Positions 62,068 through 64,000 of a stretch of 64,000 nucleotides of DNA are shown here, piece by piece. Source of the DNA: Marsupella aquatica (taxonomy: Eukaryota; Plantae; Marchantiophyta); contig OZ316899.1 of NCBI GenBank assembly GCA_973895155.1, positions 2,687,455 through 2,751,454 of the forward strand, in the 5' to 3' direction. Below the pieces are notes generated by a model. It was given only the letters and a program-made list of their open reading frames with translations. It did no database searches and was not told the origin of the DNA. Both the position numbers and the translations under genes were made by a program. The stretch's first letter is position 1. Every line of letters starts with the position of its first letter.

Positions 62068-64000
62068 TGTCGCAAGGACAAGAAGTTAGGGGCTCCTTGG
62101 GTAAACTACGTGTTTTTGGCTGCGATTGGGACAGGCGACAAGCACTTTTTGGAGCAAACTCTCACTCCTTTATTTATTTTTACTTTTCTCTCAATGGTTA
62201 CAATGGGTGCCCTTGAGTAAGCTTGCTTGCAAGAGTCTGGTAGCTGACCCTACGGCGGGCCGCTACCTCTAACTTGTCAAGCTAAACTCCTCAAGTGGCT
62301 ATCTACTCAAAATCTGACGGAAAAACTCTCCTCCTTAGCTCACAAAACCAAAACTTGACTAGCTACTCGACTAGTCCTAACAGCTCACAAGAAACTCGAG
62401 CCTGGATCAACGAGACTCCAAGCTCGAGAACCTACACCGGATCCAACACTTGCACAAAACACCAAAATTGTTGCACAAAAGTTGAATTCCACAGAACGCA
62501 GCGGAACTCACAGGACGGAACACAACAAAACTCAATAGACAACCGCCAATCGCAATGAGCCAAAGCCCAAGGCTTAAATAGCATCCAAAACCAACCTTCC
62601 AGTCTGAGTTAGCTGACATCAGCGAGGCTCATCCAAACTCCAAGCCTGGTGACTCACCCAAACACCAAACCTGGTGACAACGAGTCACCCAAACATCAAA
62701 CCTCAATCCATCCAATCAAGCAACCTGTCCAAGTCAGCATGCACGCAACCGAACAGGGACGCCTCGCCCATCAGTTCCTATAAAAACCATGCATCGTGCT
62801 CTATGTTGTAGGCAAATAAAAGTGAAAGCGAGGCAAATAAGAAAAGGGTGAGGCAAGGAAAAAGAAACGGCCCCTAATGGGCTCGAGCCTAGGGCTTTGC
62901 GCCCCCCTCTCCTTATGAGCTCCCAAAGAGGTGGGGGCTATGAGCTCCCCCCCTCTTAAATGCTCTTTGGGCCTCATGCTTGGCTCGAATGTACTCCCTT
63001 CTGTTTAATGCAGCATAGGGCCTCGTGCCCTCTACTAGCACTCGCTTCCCCCTCCTCTCCTTGGCTTGTGCTCAGCTCCCCCTTGCTTTTAATGCTTCAT
63101 AGGGCCTTGTGCCCTCTCCCTCTTGTGCAAAAATCTACTCCCAAGAGAAGGGAGTCTGTACTCCCCCCCTCTCTTAATGCTGGCAACAAAAGGTCAAGGC
63201 TAGAATGAGGCAAGGAGGAGGCGAAAGAAAAATGGGACCCCCCCTATATGAGTAAGGAGGACTGGAGGAGCGAAGGGAGGGTGCGTGGCCCTATGCGCGG
63301 CTTTGGGGCATTGATGAGCCCCGCATGTGTATACTCAAGCTGCAAGTAGGGCAACAGCAGGACTAGGAGGCAGCTCGCGATGGCAGCTGCCAAGTAGAGA
63401 AAAGGGGTCGCGGCCAGGAAACAGCTCGCGACCGAAGCCGCCTGAACAAAATGGAAAAAAGGGGAGAAATTGGCCGAAAACACCAAAAATGGCCTTGCAT
63501 ATGTCGATCAGCAGCAAGTCGCCTCCACTTCGCGGCAATCGATTGGCAGTCAAAAGTAGGTTTTGCTGCGGCCGGCAATTGACGGAGGCAACACTCAACG
63601 GAAGGGATCACGGACGCACCTAGGAAGGAAAAGTTGGGTTCCAATAGAAACGTTATGTGTATACTTACACATAACGCGACATTAAACCCATAATTTCAAC
63701 CCGTCCCTCCATTGTTGCTCAAAGAAATTGCACCGACTTCGACGGGAAAATGTCAACTGTCTCGAGCAATTGAGAAGCACAACGTCTCTGATCTTGTTCC
63801 CCTCACCACAGTTCTTCTTGAATAAAAGGCGTAAGAGAAATAAATGTACTGAAATTGAATAAAAAACTGGCGGGATGCCAAGATCGGCCAGGAGCATCTG
63901 ACGAATCACTATGTGAATCCCGTGTACGGAATCGACGAGCATTTTTTGAGTTCTATCAACAATGATTCAAGAAGAACTGAAAACCAACAAAGAAAGACAT
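62068..64000 (-). repeat. Gypsy B 5' LTR (outer end not located, possibly beyond the window)
   Basis: Non-coding sequence upstream of the PBS, beginning tgtcgc on the plus strand. Confidence 0.55.

Larger units (their letters stand above)
59996..64000 (-). mobile_element. Ty3/gypsy element B, 5' part (5' LTR, PBS, gag, start of protease)
   Basis: LTR end CA at 62069-62068 (minus strand) followed by a PBS; gag with FDGRNVTSYLKSY and CMWCDNKEHDKREC; protease-like KAVVD at about 60000. Confidence 0.75.

Noticed and set aside
1-64000. rRNA, tRNA or a conserved host gene
   Set aside because: None recognised. The only tRNA-related sequences are retroelement primer-binding sites.

Overview
This is eukaryotic, intron-containing DNA made almost entirely of nested transposons. 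I see no host housekeeping gene, rRNA, tRNA or CRISPR array. The TE families suggest a non-seed land plant such as a liverwort, moss or fern (inference). Junctions and target-site duplications (TSDs) read by eye resolve this nesting. (1) A minus-strand Ty3/gypsy element B (59996 to window end) appears to be interrupted in its protease by a plus-strand chromovirus A (32081-59995). (2) A is interrupted by a CACTA element (CACTA2, ends 32080), an 18.4-kb Sola1/DUF7869-like DNA transposon (34471-52862, 26-bp TIRs, TSD TAAA) and a 2.75-kb solo LTR (54101-56851, TSD ACATA). (3) CACTA2 contains another CACTA (ends 5525) and a 23-kb Sola2-like element (7847-31021, TSD ATGT). (4) The Sola2-like transposase intron holds an 11.1-kb MULE (16587-27684, 9-bp TSD). 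(5) The Sola1-like element holds a Bianca-type Ty1/copia with apparently identical LTRs (43248-48762, TSD GATAA). The most notable signal is that two unrelated DNA transposons (the MULE and the Sola1-like element) each carry, head-to-head with their transposase, a large spliced cargo gene. Each gene has an N-terminal ParB/Srx-like motif and a C-terminal beta-class N4C/N6A DNA-methyltransferase-like fold. Each element also has its own family-specific 18-25-bp palindrome scattered through its introns and spacers. Other cargo includes a RING-H2 protein and an FCP1/NIF-type HAD phosphatase. Most coding regions are pseudogenised. Domain calls come from motif recognition by eye, not from database searches.
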